A stretch of 64,000 nucleotides of DNA from an uncultured Bacteroidota bacterium (GTDB lineage: Bacteria; Bacteroidota; Bacteroidia; UBA7662; CAMTUB01): positions 1,524 through 65,523 of the forward strand of contig CAMTUB010000008.1 of the NCBI GenBank assembly GCA_947084835.1. Reading direction: 5' to 3'. Both the position numbers and the translations under genes were made by a program. The notes under the pieces are model-generated. The model was not told where the DNA came from, did not search any database, and was given only the letters and a program-made list of their open reading frames with translations. This document shows positions 19,963 to 29,643 of this stretch, in pieces (position 1 is the stretch's first letter; each line of letters opens with the position of its first letter).

Positions 19963-20418
19963 TTACTTTTCCGGTTTACTTTCGGTATTTTCAAAAATAC
20001 CTTCCTCTTCCCAAGTATAGGTTTTGGGAATGCCTAAGCCGAAAGCTGTAAAACTAAGCCTTTGCAACTTTATTTTATAAACGGGTTTCGATGAAAATGT
20101 GGTTATTGCCAACGATTTCTCTAGCATTTTTTTTGCTTGATTCAATTCTGAATCCTCTAATGGCGCCAAAATCCCTTCAAAATTTAATCCTTTTTGTTGA
20201 AACCAGTTTTTGCCCTGACGCAAAACAGTTCCAGAAATTCTTGGATTTTGTTGCATACTCAAAATCCAGCTTTTTTCTGGATTGGTTTGAAAATACAAGC
20301 CTTTTTCTGTTTCAGAAAAAGCAAAAAATACGATTACTGATTTCGATTTATTTACATCTACGTAAGAAAGAGTACAGATTTTCTCTTCATTTAAAAAAGT
20401 ACTTATATTGCTATTCAT
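19963..20418 (-). CDS. Hypothetical protein, possibly a PNPOx-like split barrel
   Basis: About 150 aa. The ATG at 20418 overlaps the thioesterase stop as ATGAATAG. The fold guess is based only on length and pattern. Confidence 0.35.
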   Translation of the reverse strand: MNSNISTFLNEEKICTLSYVDVNKSKSVIVFFAFSETEKGLYFQTNPEKSWILSMQQNPRISGTVLRQGKNWFQQKGLNFEGILAPLEDSELNQAKKMLEKSLAITTFSSKPVYKIKLQRLSFTAFGLGIPKTYTWEEEGIFENTESKPEK

Positions 20419-20908
20419 CGTTGTTTTGTAGTTCAATTGTAGCTTTTTTACGAGCCTCAGCTTTTATATAATCGTGCTTTTCTTCATCGGTTTCGGGTAC
20501 AATTTTTGGTACTTCGATGGGTATTTTCTCTTCATTTAAGGCTACAAAAGTGAAGAATGCTTCGTTGCAAGCATATTTCCGATGCTTTAAAATATTTTCT
20601 GCAACTACAATCACTTTTACTTCCATACTGGTACGGAAAGCGCGGGTTACTTTGGCGGTAATGGTTACTATATCTCCTTCTTGAATCGGGTTTTTAAACG
20701 ATACATTGTGTACAGATGCCGTAACTACAATTTGTGCGCAGTGTTTTTGTGCTGCAATCACCGAGGCAATGTCCATCCAATGCAACAGGGTGCCGCCCCG
20801 CAATACACGCAGCGGATTGGTATCATTGGGCAATACCATCTCGGTCATTACGGTTAGTGTATCCTTAGGGTGTTTTATTTCTCTTTCTTCTATCATTTTT
20901 AACTGCAT
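20411..20908 (-). CDS. Acyl-CoA thioesterase (hotdog fold, YciA/BFIT-like)
   Basis: 165 aa; LRGGTLLHWMDIASVIAAQKH motif typical of hotdog acyl-CoA hydrolases. Confidence 0.75.
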   Translation of the reverse strand: MQLKMIEEREIKHPKDTLTVMTEMVLPNDTNPLRVLRGGTLLHWMDIASVIAAQKHCAQIVVTASVHNVSFKNPIQEGDIVTITAKVTRAFRTSMEVKVIVVAENILKHRKYACNEAFFTFVALNEEKIPIEVPKIVPETDEEKHDYIKAEARKKATIELQNNDE

Positions 20909-23900
20909 CCTAAACTATTGCCGCAATTTAAACAGCGGTAACATGAACCTGATCTTATGGTAATGTGTCCGCAGGTAAAACAAAGGGGTGCATCACCCAT
21001 CATTTGCGATAAAAAGTCTTGAGATGTTCCTTTTTTTGTGTGATTTATTGCTTCGTTCTCTAATTTTTCTAAACTAGAAACAACCTCTTCCTGAATCTTT
21101 TTTACATGCACTAAATCTTGTGCATCTAAATATTCAAATGCCAGTAGTCTAAAAATAAAATCGATAACAGAAGTTGCTTGTTTAATGTTTGTATGGTCTA
21201 CTGGCCCAGAAGGGTCGAATCGGGTGAAAACAAATTTCTCTACAAATTCCTCTAACGGAACTCCATATTGTAAGCCAATACTTACTGCAATGGCAAAACA
21301 ATTCATTAACGACCTAAACGATGCTCCTTCTTTATGTATATCTACAAAAACCTCGCCCAAAGTGCCGTCTGAGTATTCTCCAGTACGTACAAATAACGTT
21401 TGTCCACCAACTTTTGCTTTTTGGGTAAACCCTCTGCGTTTTGCAGGTAAGGCTTTTTTTCGAATCAGTGCCGAAAGTTGGCTTTTGAAAATTGAATCTT
21501 CTGCGTTTACTAAAATGGTATGTGCAGCTTTTAATACTTCATCCATCGAGGGAGAATACTCTTTTAAAGTATCGCTTTCCTCAGAACCCTTTGAAGCATT
21601 TGACGACAATGGCTGAGACAATTTACATCCATCTCTGTATAAGGATATCGACTTAAGTCCATATTCCCACGATTTAACGTATGCTTCTTGAACATCTTTA
21701 ACGGTAGCTTCGTGGGGTAAATTAATTGTTTTTGAAATTGCTCCCGACAAAAACGGTTGAACTGCTGCCATCATTCGAATATGCCCATCCGAAGAAATAA
21801 ATCGTTTTCCTAAAACTCCGCACTTGTTGGCACAATCAAAAATATCAATGGTATCATGTGTAAGATATGGCGCGCCTTCAATAGTCATGGTTCCGAAAAC
21901 ATGCAAATCAATCTCTTCGAGTTGTTTTGTACTAAAACCTAATTCGTGAAGAATGTTGAATCCATTTTGCGGTGCTTTTTCAGCAGCTATTCCAATTCTT
22001 TTTAAACATTCATCTCCTAAAATGCCTGGATTAAATGCATTTGAAATCGAAAAAGAACCTGATATAGCGTTTTCTATATTTATAATGTCTTGCTCAATAA
22101 AGCCCAGTGCTAAAAGGGTATCCCAATTAATAAATGGAGCAGCCTTTAAACTGCCCGTTCCTAAAACGTATTGCGTAACTTCTTCAATTTGAGCATTTGT
22201 TAGCCCTACCTGTTTCAACGCTAAATGAACCGATTGATTTACAATTCTAAAGTAGCCACCACCAGCAAGTTTTTTAAATTTAACCAATGAAAAATCGGGT
22301 TCGATACCTGTAGTATCGCAATCCATTAATAATCCGATGGTGCCTGTTGGGGCCAAACAAGAAACTTGAGCATTGCGTAATCCATATTTATTTTCTAGAT
22401 CTATAGTTTCATCCCATGTTAAGCAGGCAGCTTTATAAATTTCATTGGGTGCATAGAATAAATCTTCAACATAAGGTGCAATATCTAACCCTTCGTATCC
22501 CGATTTCGTTTTTAAAAGCGCTTTTTTATGGTTTTTAAGGACTCTTTGTACGGCCTCCTTATTTTCAGGATATTGCATAAAAGTTCCTAAAACTGATGCT
22601 AATTCTGCAGATGTTTTGTACGCTTGGCCGGTTAGCAAAGCGGTTATTGAAGCGGCAAAGCCTCTTGCTTTTTTGCTATCGTAAGGCAATCCTAAAACCA
22701 TAAGTAAGGTGCCTAAATTTGCGTATCCTAATCCTATTGTTCTGTAATCGTATGATAGTTTTGCGATTTCTTTAGAGGGAAACTGCGCCATCAATACCGA
22801 TATTTCCAAAACTATTGTCCACAATCGAGATGCATGCTTAAATCCGTCAATATCAAATTCTTGAGTTTCAGCATTGTAAAATTTCATTAGATTTAACGAT
22901 GCTAAATTGCAAGCCGTATTGTCTAAAAACATGTACTCTGAGCAAGGATTTGAGGCATTTATTTTACCACCTTCAGGGCAAGTATGCCATTGATTAATGG
23001 TTGTTTCAAATTGCAAGCCCGGGTCAGCACATCTCCATGCGGCAAAGGCAATTTCATTCCATAGCTTTTCAGAAGGGACTTTATCGAGTATTTCTCCCGT
23101 ACTACGGGCTTTTAACGGCCACATTGATTTCGTTTGTAATGCATCCATAAATGCATTTGGAACCCTCAACGAGTTGTTAGAATTTTGCCCAGATACCGTT
23201 TGGTACGCTTCCCCTTCATAGTCGGATGAATATCCGGCTGCAATTAACGCTGCAACTTTCTTTTCTTCTTCAACTTTCCATTGAATGAACGATTCAATTT
23301 CTGGATGATCCAAGTCTATGCTCACCATCCGAGCAGCTCTCCGGGTTGTACCTCCAGACTTTATAGCACCAGCAGATCTATCGCCAATTTTCAAAAAAGA
23401 CATTAGGCCCGATGAATATCCTCCACCCGACAATTTCTCTCCTTTTCCCCTTATTTTTGAATAGTTAGTGCCAACTCCTGATCCATATTTAAAAATTCGT
23501 GCTTCTCTTGAAAGCAAATCCATAATTCCACCCTCGCTTAGTAAATCATCATTAACCGACAATATAAAACAAGCATGGGGCTGCGGCCTTTCATAAGCCG
23601 ATGTAGATTCTTTTACCTCTTCGCTGGATGGGTCAACATAAAAATGTCCTTGTGCTTTTCCCGATATACCGTATGAGTGATGAAGCCCTGTATTAAACCA
23701 TTGTGGAGAATTAGGTGCTGCCATTTGACCTAAAAGCATAAATGCAATTTCATCGTAAAAGGCATTTGCATCTTCAGGAGTATTAAAATACTTGTATTTC
23801 GTCCCCCAAAATTTCCAACAGTCTACCATACGGTGGACTACTTGTTTAATAGAAGTTTCAGACCCTAACGTTCCATCTGATTTCGGAACTCCTGCTTTCC

Positions 23901-24138
23901 GAAAGTACTTTTGTGCTAAAATATCGGTTGCAACTTGCGACCATTTTAGAGGCACCTCAACGCCTTCGGTTTCGTAAACGACTTCTCCCTCAGGTGTTTT
24001 TAAAATTGATTTTCTAATATCGTATGAGAATAGGTCGTAAACGCTCTTATTCTCTTTCGAAAAAAACCTATTAATAGACAACCCTTTTTGAGGGGTATCT
24101 ATTACGTTGTTCTGATTTTCGTTTAGCTCTTTTTTCAT
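20899..24138 (-). CDS. nrdJ: Adenosylcobalamin-dependent (class II) ribonucleotide reductase
   Basis: About 1079 aa from MKKELNENQ (ATG at 24138). Active-site NPCSEYMFLDNTACNLASLNL; C-terminal Cys-rich tail CFTCG...CYRCLNCGNSLGCS. The ORF-track start at 24213 adds an implausible leader. Confidence 0.88.
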   Translation of the reverse strand: MKKELNENQNNVIDTPQKGLSINRFFSKENKSVYDLFSYDIRKSILKTPEGEVVYETEGVEVPLKWSQVATDILAQKYFRKAGVPKSDGTLGSETSIKQVVHRMVDCWKFWGTKYKYFNTPEDANAFYDEIAFMLLGQMAAPNSPQWFNTGLHHSYGISGKAQGHFYVDPSSEEVKESTSAYERPQPHACFILSVNDDLLSEGGIMDLLSREARIFKYGSGVGTNYSKIRGKGEKLSGGGYSSGLMSFLKIGDRSAGAIKSGGTTRRAARMVSIDLDHPEIESFIQWKVEEEKKVAALIAAGYSSDYEGEAYQTVSGQNSNNSLRVPNAFMDALQTKSMWPLKARSTGEILDKVPSEKLWNEIAFAAWRCADPGLQFETTINQWHTCPEGGKINASNPCSEYMFLDNTACNLASLNLMKFYNAETQEFDIDGFKHASRLWTIVLEISVLMAQFPSKEIAKLSYDYRTIGLGYANLGTLLMVLGLPYDSKKARGFAASITALLTGQAYKTSAELASVLGTFMQYPENKEAVQRVLKNHKKALLKTKSGYEGLDIAPYVEDLFYAPNEIYKAACLTWDETIDLENKYGLRNAQVSCLAPTGTIGLLMDCDTTGIEPDFSLVKFKKLAGGGYFRIVNQSVHLALKQVGLTNAQIEEVTQYVLGTGSLKAAPFINWDTLLALGFIEQDIINIENAISGSFSISNAFNPGILGDECLKRIGIAAEKAPQNGFNILHELGFSTKQLEEIDLHVFGTMTIEGAPYLTHDTIDIFDCANKCGVLGKRFISSDGHIRMMAAVQPFLSGAISKTINLPHEATVKDVQEAYVKSWEYGLKSISLYRDGCKLSQPLSSNASKGSEESDTLKEYSPSMDEVLKAAHTILVNAEDSIFKSQLSALIRKKALPAKRRGFTQKAKVGGQTLFVRTGEYSDGTLGEVFVDIHKEGASFRSLMNCFAIAVSIGLQYGVPLEEFVEKFVFTRFDPSGPVDHTNIKQATSVIDFIFRLLAFEYLDAQDLVHVKKIQEEVVSSLEKLENEAINHTKKGTSQDFLSQMMGDAPLCFTCGHITIRSGSCYRCLNCGNSLGCS

Positions 24139-24178
24139 GATCTTTTTTACAATATCACTAGCTAACGTGTTTGAATAT

Positions 24179-24192
24179 ATGACAACCCTCAT
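24179..24192 (-). promoter_or_regulatory. Candidate Crp/Fnr-type box ATGACAACCCTCAT (TGA-N6-TCA)
   Basis: Near-palindrome centred about 47 nt upstream of the nrdJ ATG. Confidence 0.3.
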
Positions 24193-24239
24193 ACAAAAAA
24201 ATATTCGAAACAAAATCGAAACAAAGCTTCGAAATCTGC

Positions 24240-24959
24240 TTAAATATCAAGGTTACCTGCCAATTTGTTCAGTCCTTTTTCGTTTAAAATCACGATTTTT
24301 TTTCCACGTAAATCCACATAGCCTTCATTTTTCATTTCATACAACATTCGGATAATCGTTTCTAACGAAGTGCCCACAATGCCCGAAATATCTTCGCGTT
24401 TCAACCGCACACTTAAGGTTTCGTTGTCGGATTCGTATCCGTAAATATCTTTCAAAAGCAACAATGCATCTGCCAGCCTTTCTTTTACCAACTTTTGGGC
24501 AATATTTACAATGCGTTCTTCAGCATGCTTTAAATCAAGGGCTAAAATGCGAAGCAGGCGTTGAGCAAATTCAGGCTTTTCTTCTAAAAGTCTTTTTATC
24601 AATTCACTGTTGAAATAGCAAATTTCGCTATCGTCTAACGCAAAAGCAGAGCAGCTATATACATCGCTACCCAATAAAGCACGGTACCCAATAACATCGC
24701 CTTCGCGGGCCAGCCTAACAATTTGCTCTTTGCCATCAGAGCCAACCTTAGATATTTTTACTTTGCCTTTATGTATGCAAAATAGCCCTTGAGGATGTGT
24801 TCCTTCTTTAAAAATAATTTGATTTTTTTTAAACTGAGCAACCCCTTTTTGCGCACTAATTTCTTCCAGTTCAGGTGCATGAAATACCCCTAAAACAGAT
24901 TGGCCTTTGTGTTTGCAATTCGCACAGTCAACCGATGGAACATGCCTTTTGTACATCAT
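24240..24959 (-). CDS. Crp/Fnr-family transcriptional regulator with an N-terminal CxxC
   Basis: 239 aa; N-terminus VDCANCKHKG, cNMP-like beta-roll, C-terminal HTH (REDISGIVGTSLETIIRMLYEM). Confidence 0.85.
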   Translation of the reverse strand: MMYKRHVPSVDCANCKHKGQSVLGVFHAPELEEISAQKGVAQFKKNQIIFKEGTHPQGLFCIHKGKVKISKVGSDGKEQIVRLAREGDVIGYRALLGSDVYSCSAFALDDSEICYFNSELIKRLLEEKPEFAQRLLRILALDLKHAEERIVNIAQKLVKERLADALLLLKDIYGYESDNETLSVRLKREDISGIVGTSLETIIRMLYEMKNEGYVDLRGKKIVILNEKGLNKLAGNLDI

Positions 24960-25026
24960 AACTTAGTAATTGCATAAATTTCACTTTTTAGCGCTTCAAT
25001 AAATAAAACAATTGAAAGCTAAAAGG

Positions 25027-25040
25027 TTGATTTATATCAT
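25027..25040 (-). promoter_or_regulatory. Candidate FNR-type box TTGATTTATATCAT (9/10 to TTGAT-N4-ATCAA)
   Basis: Centred about 74 nt upstream of the Crp/Fnr gene start at 24959. Confidence 0.4.
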
Positions 25041-25061
25041 TTTACTACAAAAAAAACAGCA

Positions 25062-26066
25062 TTAAAAAGGATTACTCAACGCTGGATTATTAAGAAAAGA
25101 GGTATCGGTTAGTGTTTCTAAAAATTTAAGAAGGGCGTTTTTTTCAATTGCCGATAAATTCAACTGGCGAATGCCGCCCGTTTTGTACATTATTGGGTCT
25201 ACGGTAGATGATGATTGTATTCCTGAATTGTAAAACTCGATAACATCGTTCAGATTTTTAAACCGCCCATCGTGCATAAACGATTTACGAAGCGCAACAT
25301 TTCGTAGCGATGCGGTTCTGAATAATCCCATGTCTGAGGTTTCTCCGGTTACCAAATATCGGCCTCTGCCCGCTCCTATAAATGTGGTGTCTAGTCCAAT
25401 GTTATGGAAGGCATAATCGCTCATTAAAGGCATGGAGTGGCAATGAAAGCAGTCGCCTTTTTCAGAAAAAAACAGGTTGAATCCCATAATTTCATCTTGG
25501 GTAAAGATCGTCTCTTTGCGTAAAAACTTATCAAATTTCGAGTTTCCCGAAATCATGGTCCTGAAAAATTGTGCTAATGCTTTGGCAGCAATTTCGTTGG
25601 TAATTTCAGTAGTACCAAAAGCAGTTTTTGATAATTCGAGGTATTTTGGGCGTGTTTTTAAGTGGGTAGGATTTGCTGCAAAAAACTCGTTTACTTCAAA
25701 ACGCATAATATCTTCCATCGTACCCGAGATTTTTCCATTCCATAAAAAGTTCGAACTCCAACCTAAGTTGGCATGATGCAAAACCGGAGTGCCGTTGGTT
25801 GGAATGGTAAACCCTTGATTTTGAAAATGACACGATGAACAAGACATCCCTTGCATGGGTCCGCCTTTGGATAGCAAAGTATCGTAATACAACATTCTGC
25901 CAATGGCTACGCCCTCAACCGTTAAGGGATTGGTTGGCGAAACTTTCATTTCGGGAAAATGAGGGGGTATCACTAATGGATACGGTGTTGCTTGTTTAAT
26001 AGGCTCTTGAGATGTTGGATTACAAGCGCATAAACCAATTGCTGTTGCTATTATCCAGCCTCTCAT
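25062..26066 (-). CDS. Di-haem cytochrome c peroxidase family lipoprotein (MauG/MbnH-like)
   Basis: 334 aa; lipobox (GLCAC); two CxxCH motifs (CSSCH, CFHCH). Confidence 0.8.
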   Translation of the reverse strand: MRGWIIATAIGLCACNPTSQEPIKQATPYPLVIPPHFPEMKVSPTNPLTVEGVAIGRMLYYDTLLSKGGPMQGMSCSSCHFQNQGFTIPTNGTPVLHHANLGWSSNFLWNGKISGTMEDIMRFEVNEFFAANPTHLKTRPKYLELSKTAFGTTEITNEIAAKALAQFFRTMISGNSKFDKFLRKETIFTQDEIMGFNLFFSEKGDCFHCHSMPLMSDYAFHNIGLDTTFIGAGRGRYLVTGETSDMGLFRTASLRNVALRKSFMHDGRFKNLNDVIEFYNSGIQSSSTVDPIMYKTGGIRQLNLSAIEKNALLKFLETLTDTSFLNNPALSNPF

Positions 26067-26068
26067 TT

Positions 26069-26794
26069 TTACTTTTTAAACTTGAATACTGAAACTCCGT
26101 TTGCTGCAATTTTAGCCATGGCAGAATCAACACTCATGATATACTGCCCATCGGTATCGAAATTAAATGGGTTTGGATTTCTAAACCATTCGTTGATATT
26201 CATGGTTAAGCTTGCCGTTTCGTTGGTATAGGTTAACAAAAACTGGGCAGGAATTTTTACCCGAACCGCATTTTTTGTTTTTCCTAAATGCATGGCGTAC
26301 CCCGATTTTACTGCGTTTATATCAGTATAATACCCTTCAAGTTTCAGGAAATGATACCCACCACCCATCGGGGTGGGCCAAGCCATATTTTGGTTTTCTT
26401 GCGTGTTTGGCAAAAAGTTGGTTTGATTTTGTGCAGAATCTAACCCAATATAAAACGAAAGCGTATCGTAGTTTCCTACCGGAATCGAGTCGAGTTTGAT
26501 GGTGTTTTTAGAAGACACAAACGCATCTACATACCAAACGCCTTTAATTTTAATGCGTTTTCCATCGTTTTTAAGTAATTCAAAATTCGAAAGGAAATAT
26601 TCTAATCGATTGATAGAATATCGATTTCCTGCTGCATTTTGATATATGCTAGAGTCGGACAATAACGGATTTCCATCTACATTATATTGTATCGAGACAT
26701 TTAATGAGCCTTGTGTAGGCATAATTTCAACGGGTTTACATTGGCTTAGCGCAATTGCAAAGCCAAATACTAATCCGATTCTAGGGTAGTTCAT
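26069..26794 (-). CDS. Lipoprotein, possibly an MbnP-like partner of the di-haem peroxidase
   Basis: 241 aa; lipobox (ALSQC). Ends 2 nt before the peroxidase start. The assignment rests mostly on the conserved pairing, not on a motif I can verify. Confidence 0.4.
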   Translation of the reverse strand: MNYPRIGLVFGFAIALSQCKPVEIMPTQGSLNVSIQYNVDGNPLLSDSSIYQNAAGNRYSINRLEYFLSNFELLKNDGKRIKIKGVWYVDAFVSSKNTIKLDSIPVGNYDTLSFYIGLDSAQNQTNFLPNTQENQNMAWPTPMGGGYHFLKLEGYYTDINAVKSGYAMHLGKTKNAVRVKIPAQFLLTYTNETASLTMNINEWFRNPNPFNFDTDGQYIMSVDSAMAKIAANGVSVFKFKK

Positions 26795-26802
26795 ATCAGT
26801 TT

Positions 26803-28197
26803 TTAAAATTTAAGTCCAGTAAAACGGTTTTTCATATTCGGGCGAATCAACAAGGCAACATAAGCCCAATTGTTGTTTGATGCTGCATTCATTGTTCCGC
26901 GTAACGATTCAAGCGTTGAAGTGGCAAACATCTGTGAATATCCTCCTTGTATCGATACTGCGTTGGATAAGATGTACCCAACTGTGAAATCAATTTCAGT
27001 TCCTAGTTTTGAATCCAAACTTTGAGAAGTATTACCTGCACTTTTGTCTAGCACATTTGCTGCTGCAGAAAAACTATGTCCATTAACCGAAACAAATAAC
27101 TTGTTGTTTACATCGTATTTCGCTTTCAAATACACATCCATCAATCCTACCGAGTTTACTTGGCGACCTCCCACATAGAAGTAATCCATATACCCGTTGT
27201 GGCGGTGATTGGTTCCATACAATGGATTAAAAGAGCTGTTTGTTGTACTCGCCTGTGTTTGGCTAGTACCCGATAAGCGCTCAAAACCTCCTGAAAAACG
27301 TAATTTATTGCCTTTATCTGCATCTAATTTATGAGTATAAACTAACTCAGCGTGGACATCAGAAGCATTTACATCTTTATTTGTACCATCTTTCCCTATT
27401 TGTCGGTAATAAAACGCATTGGCAGTAAAGGCATCGTTTATTTTATATTCAACCATTGGCAATCCAATAGTGGTCATATACAAAATCTCTTCTTTGCGCA
27501 CCCCTTGGGTATTGGTAGAAGCATATTGCAAGCCATTATTCCACATCAAAAACGAGGTGTTTAATTTACCAAACTGCCTGCCATACCAAACCATTTGGGC
27601 GGCTTTGTACTGGTTTGCTAAGCCATAAAAGTTACCAGCAAGCTGGTTTTGTTGTTGTTGATTATAGGCCAAACCTACATGCAAGGTGTTTTTGCCATCG
27701 GCATATTTCATTAAAGCAATGTCATGCGCTCTCGCTTGTAGTGCCCAGTCTAAGTTTCCTAAGAAACGAGCATCATCGTAGTCTAGCTCTTGTCGTCCAA
27801 CTTTAAAGGTTAGGTTTTTAGTAAAATACACCTCTGCAAAAGCTTCGTGCATCGATAAAAAACCATCGGTTAGTTTGATCTGTGGCGTACTTCCCCAAGT
27901 TCTTATGTCTTGTGGAGACATGTAAATTCTAAACTTATCGTCTTTATATTCAACCTGTAAGCGTGTTCTTTGGCCGGTGTAAAAAGCAGGTGTAGTATCT
28001 TTTACTGCAGGATTTCCAAAGCCATTTAAATATTCGGTACGCTGTAATATTTGCCCACCCACATTAAAGGTTTGCGCATGAGTTAATTGAGAAAGGGTTG
28101 ATACTCCTACAAATGCTGCAAAAGCTACCAACTTTCTCCCCATCAAGGGTTTAATTTTTATGGATAATTTCATCAGAAATGATTTTTTTTGGTTCAA
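26803..28197 (-). CDS. Outer-membrane beta-barrel porin (alginate-export-like)
   Basis: 464 aa; signal peptide ending THAQT; alternating amphipathic strands; C-terminal ...TGLKF. Confidence 0.5.
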   Translation of the reverse strand: MNQKKSFLMKLSIKIKPLMGRKLVAFAAFVGVSTLSQLTHAQTFNVGGQILQRTEYLNGFGNPAVKDTTPAFYTGQRTRLQVEYKDDKFRIYMSPQDIRTWGSTPQIKLTDGFLSMHEAFAEVYFTKNLTFKVGRQELDYDDARFLGNLDWALQARAHDIALMKYADGKNTLHVGLAYNQQQQNQLAGNFYGLANQYKAAQMVWYGRQFGKLNTSFLMWNNGLQYASTNTQGVRKEEILYMTTIGLPMVEYKINDAFTANAFYYRQIGKDGTNKDVNASDVHAELVYTHKLDADKGNKLRFSGGFERLSGTSQTQASTTNSSFNPLYGTNHRHNGYMDYFYVGGRQVNSVGLMDVYLKAKYDVNNKLFVSVNGHSFSAAANVLDKSAGNTSQSLDSKLGTEIDFTVGYILSNAVSIQGGYSQMFATSTLESLRGTMNAASNNNWAYVALLIRPNMKNRFTGLKF

Positions 28198-28425
28198 TAA
28201 AGGTAAATTGGTCTAATTTTAAAAAAACTGCTAGACTTCAGTTCAAACCATGTTATTTGTCATATTGAAAACAGGGTTTACATACACTTTTTTTATGCTT
28301 CCTAAATATCTTTGTATTTAAAAAGCAAGGTACAATTTGATTTACTAAACCAATAATTTGTGGCATATTTAGCAATCAAATTTACCCTAACAATTGGTTT
28401 TTAATAGTACGTAAACAACTAAAAA

Positions 28426-29643
28426 ATGCACAACTCTTCTTCTGTTCAGGCTTTAAATTTTATGATTTCTGTTCAAGATGCGCTTGCTATTCTTCAGGAA
28501 AAAACTCCAAAAACAGTTACTCAAGAAGTTGATTTAAAACAGGCTTTGGGATATGTATTGGCTGAAGATGTTTACGCTACCCTTTCGCTACCGCCTTTTG
28601 CGCAATCGGCTATGGATGGGTATGCTTTGTGTTTGCATGAAGCCAATACCTATGCTTTTAAGGGCGAAGTTAAAGCAGGAGATAATTCAACACATACGCT
28701 GCTCCCGGGAGAAGCATTCCGCATTTTTACTGGTGCAAAAATTCCATCAGGTGCAAATTGTGTAGTGATGCAAGAGTATGTTGAACGAACTAACGACACC
28801 GTTTGCATTCCAAATCACTCCATTAACGAAAACGACAATATACGTCCTGTCGGTTCGCATATTTCAGCGGGCGAAGTAGCTGTAGCTAAGCATCACATAT
28901 TAAATCCAGCAACTGTTGGCTTATTGGCATCTATAGGCGTTAGCTCTGTAAAGGTGTATGCAAAGCCCAAAATTTCGATACTGATAAGCGGAAACGAACT
29001 TACCAAAGCAGGTGAACCGTTGCTCGAAGGCAAAATTTACGAGTCTAACTCGTGGATGTTGGATGCTGCCATACAAAAACTCGGTATTCAAACGTATGCC
29101 ATAAGCTATTGCGAAGATAATTTAGAGGAAATAAAAACTCAGGTGGATAAACTGCTCGAAGTTTCCGATGTGGTGTTAATCTCAGGTGGCATTTCTGTGG
29201 GCGATTACGATTTTGTGTACCAAGCCTTAGAAGATTGTGGCGTATCTCCCTTATTCTATAAAATTAGGCAGAAACCCGGAAAACCCTTGTTCGCTGGTAA
29301 AAAAGAGAATAAAATGGTCTTTGGATTACCCGGAAACCCGGCTTCCTCGTTGGTTTGTTTTTACCTCTATTGCTATCCTACCCTTTTACAAATGATGGGA
29401 TACCCAGTTATAAACTTACCCCAAATAAAAGTGCGCTTAACCTCCGAAATCAAAAAAGGCAACCCAAAACTCGATCAGTTTTTAAAAGCTTTTGTTAGTG
29501 GCAACGAGGTTTCGCTATTAACCGGTCAAGAATCGTATAAAATAAACTCGTTTTCGAGTGCTAACGCCCTTATACACCTGCCACCTCAAGAAAATGGATG
29601 CGCGGCAGGAGATTTAGTTGACGTAATTATGCTGCCGTGGTAA
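28426..29643 (+). CDS. moeA: Molybdopterin molybdotransferase
   Basis: SAMDGYAL and ISGGISVGDYDF motifs. The start may instead be the ATG at 28462 (MISVQDAL). Confidence 0.9.
   Translation: MHNSSSVQALNFMISVQDALAILQEKTPKTVTQEVDLKQALGYVLAEDVYATLSLPPFAQSAMDGYALCLHEANTYAFKGEVKAGDNSTHTLLPGEAFRIFTGAKIPSGANCVVMQEYVERTNDTVCIPNHSINENDNIRPVGSHISAGEVAVAKHHILNPATVGLLASIGVSSVKVYAKPKISILISGNELTKAGEPLLEGKIYESNSWMLDAAIQKLGIQTYAISYCEDNLEEIKTQVDKLLEVSDVVLISGGISVGDYDFVYQALEDCGVSPLFYKIRQKPGKPLFAGKKENKMVFGLPGNPASSLVCFYLYCYPTLLQMMGYPVINLPQIKVRLTSEIKKGNPKLDQFLKAFVSGNEVSLLTGQESYKINSFSSANALIHLPPQENGCAAGDLVDVIMLPW

Noticed and set aside
20899-24138. Intein in the long class II RNR
   Set aside because: The conserved RNR blocks appear continuous. 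I saw no intein splice-junction motifs (Cys/Ser ... His-Asn-Cys).
24139-24239. Cobalamin riboswitch or NrdR box upstream of nrdJ
   Set aside because: Only about 100 nt is available, with no B12-box-like element. The only structured feature is the TGA-N6-TCA palindrome reported separately.
28198-28425. Moco riboswitch upstream of moeA (and of moaA at 37742 onward)
   Set aside because: The region is very AT-rich. It has none of the conserved GC-rich Moco-motif stems that I could recognise. moaA has no leader at all, since it overlaps tatA.
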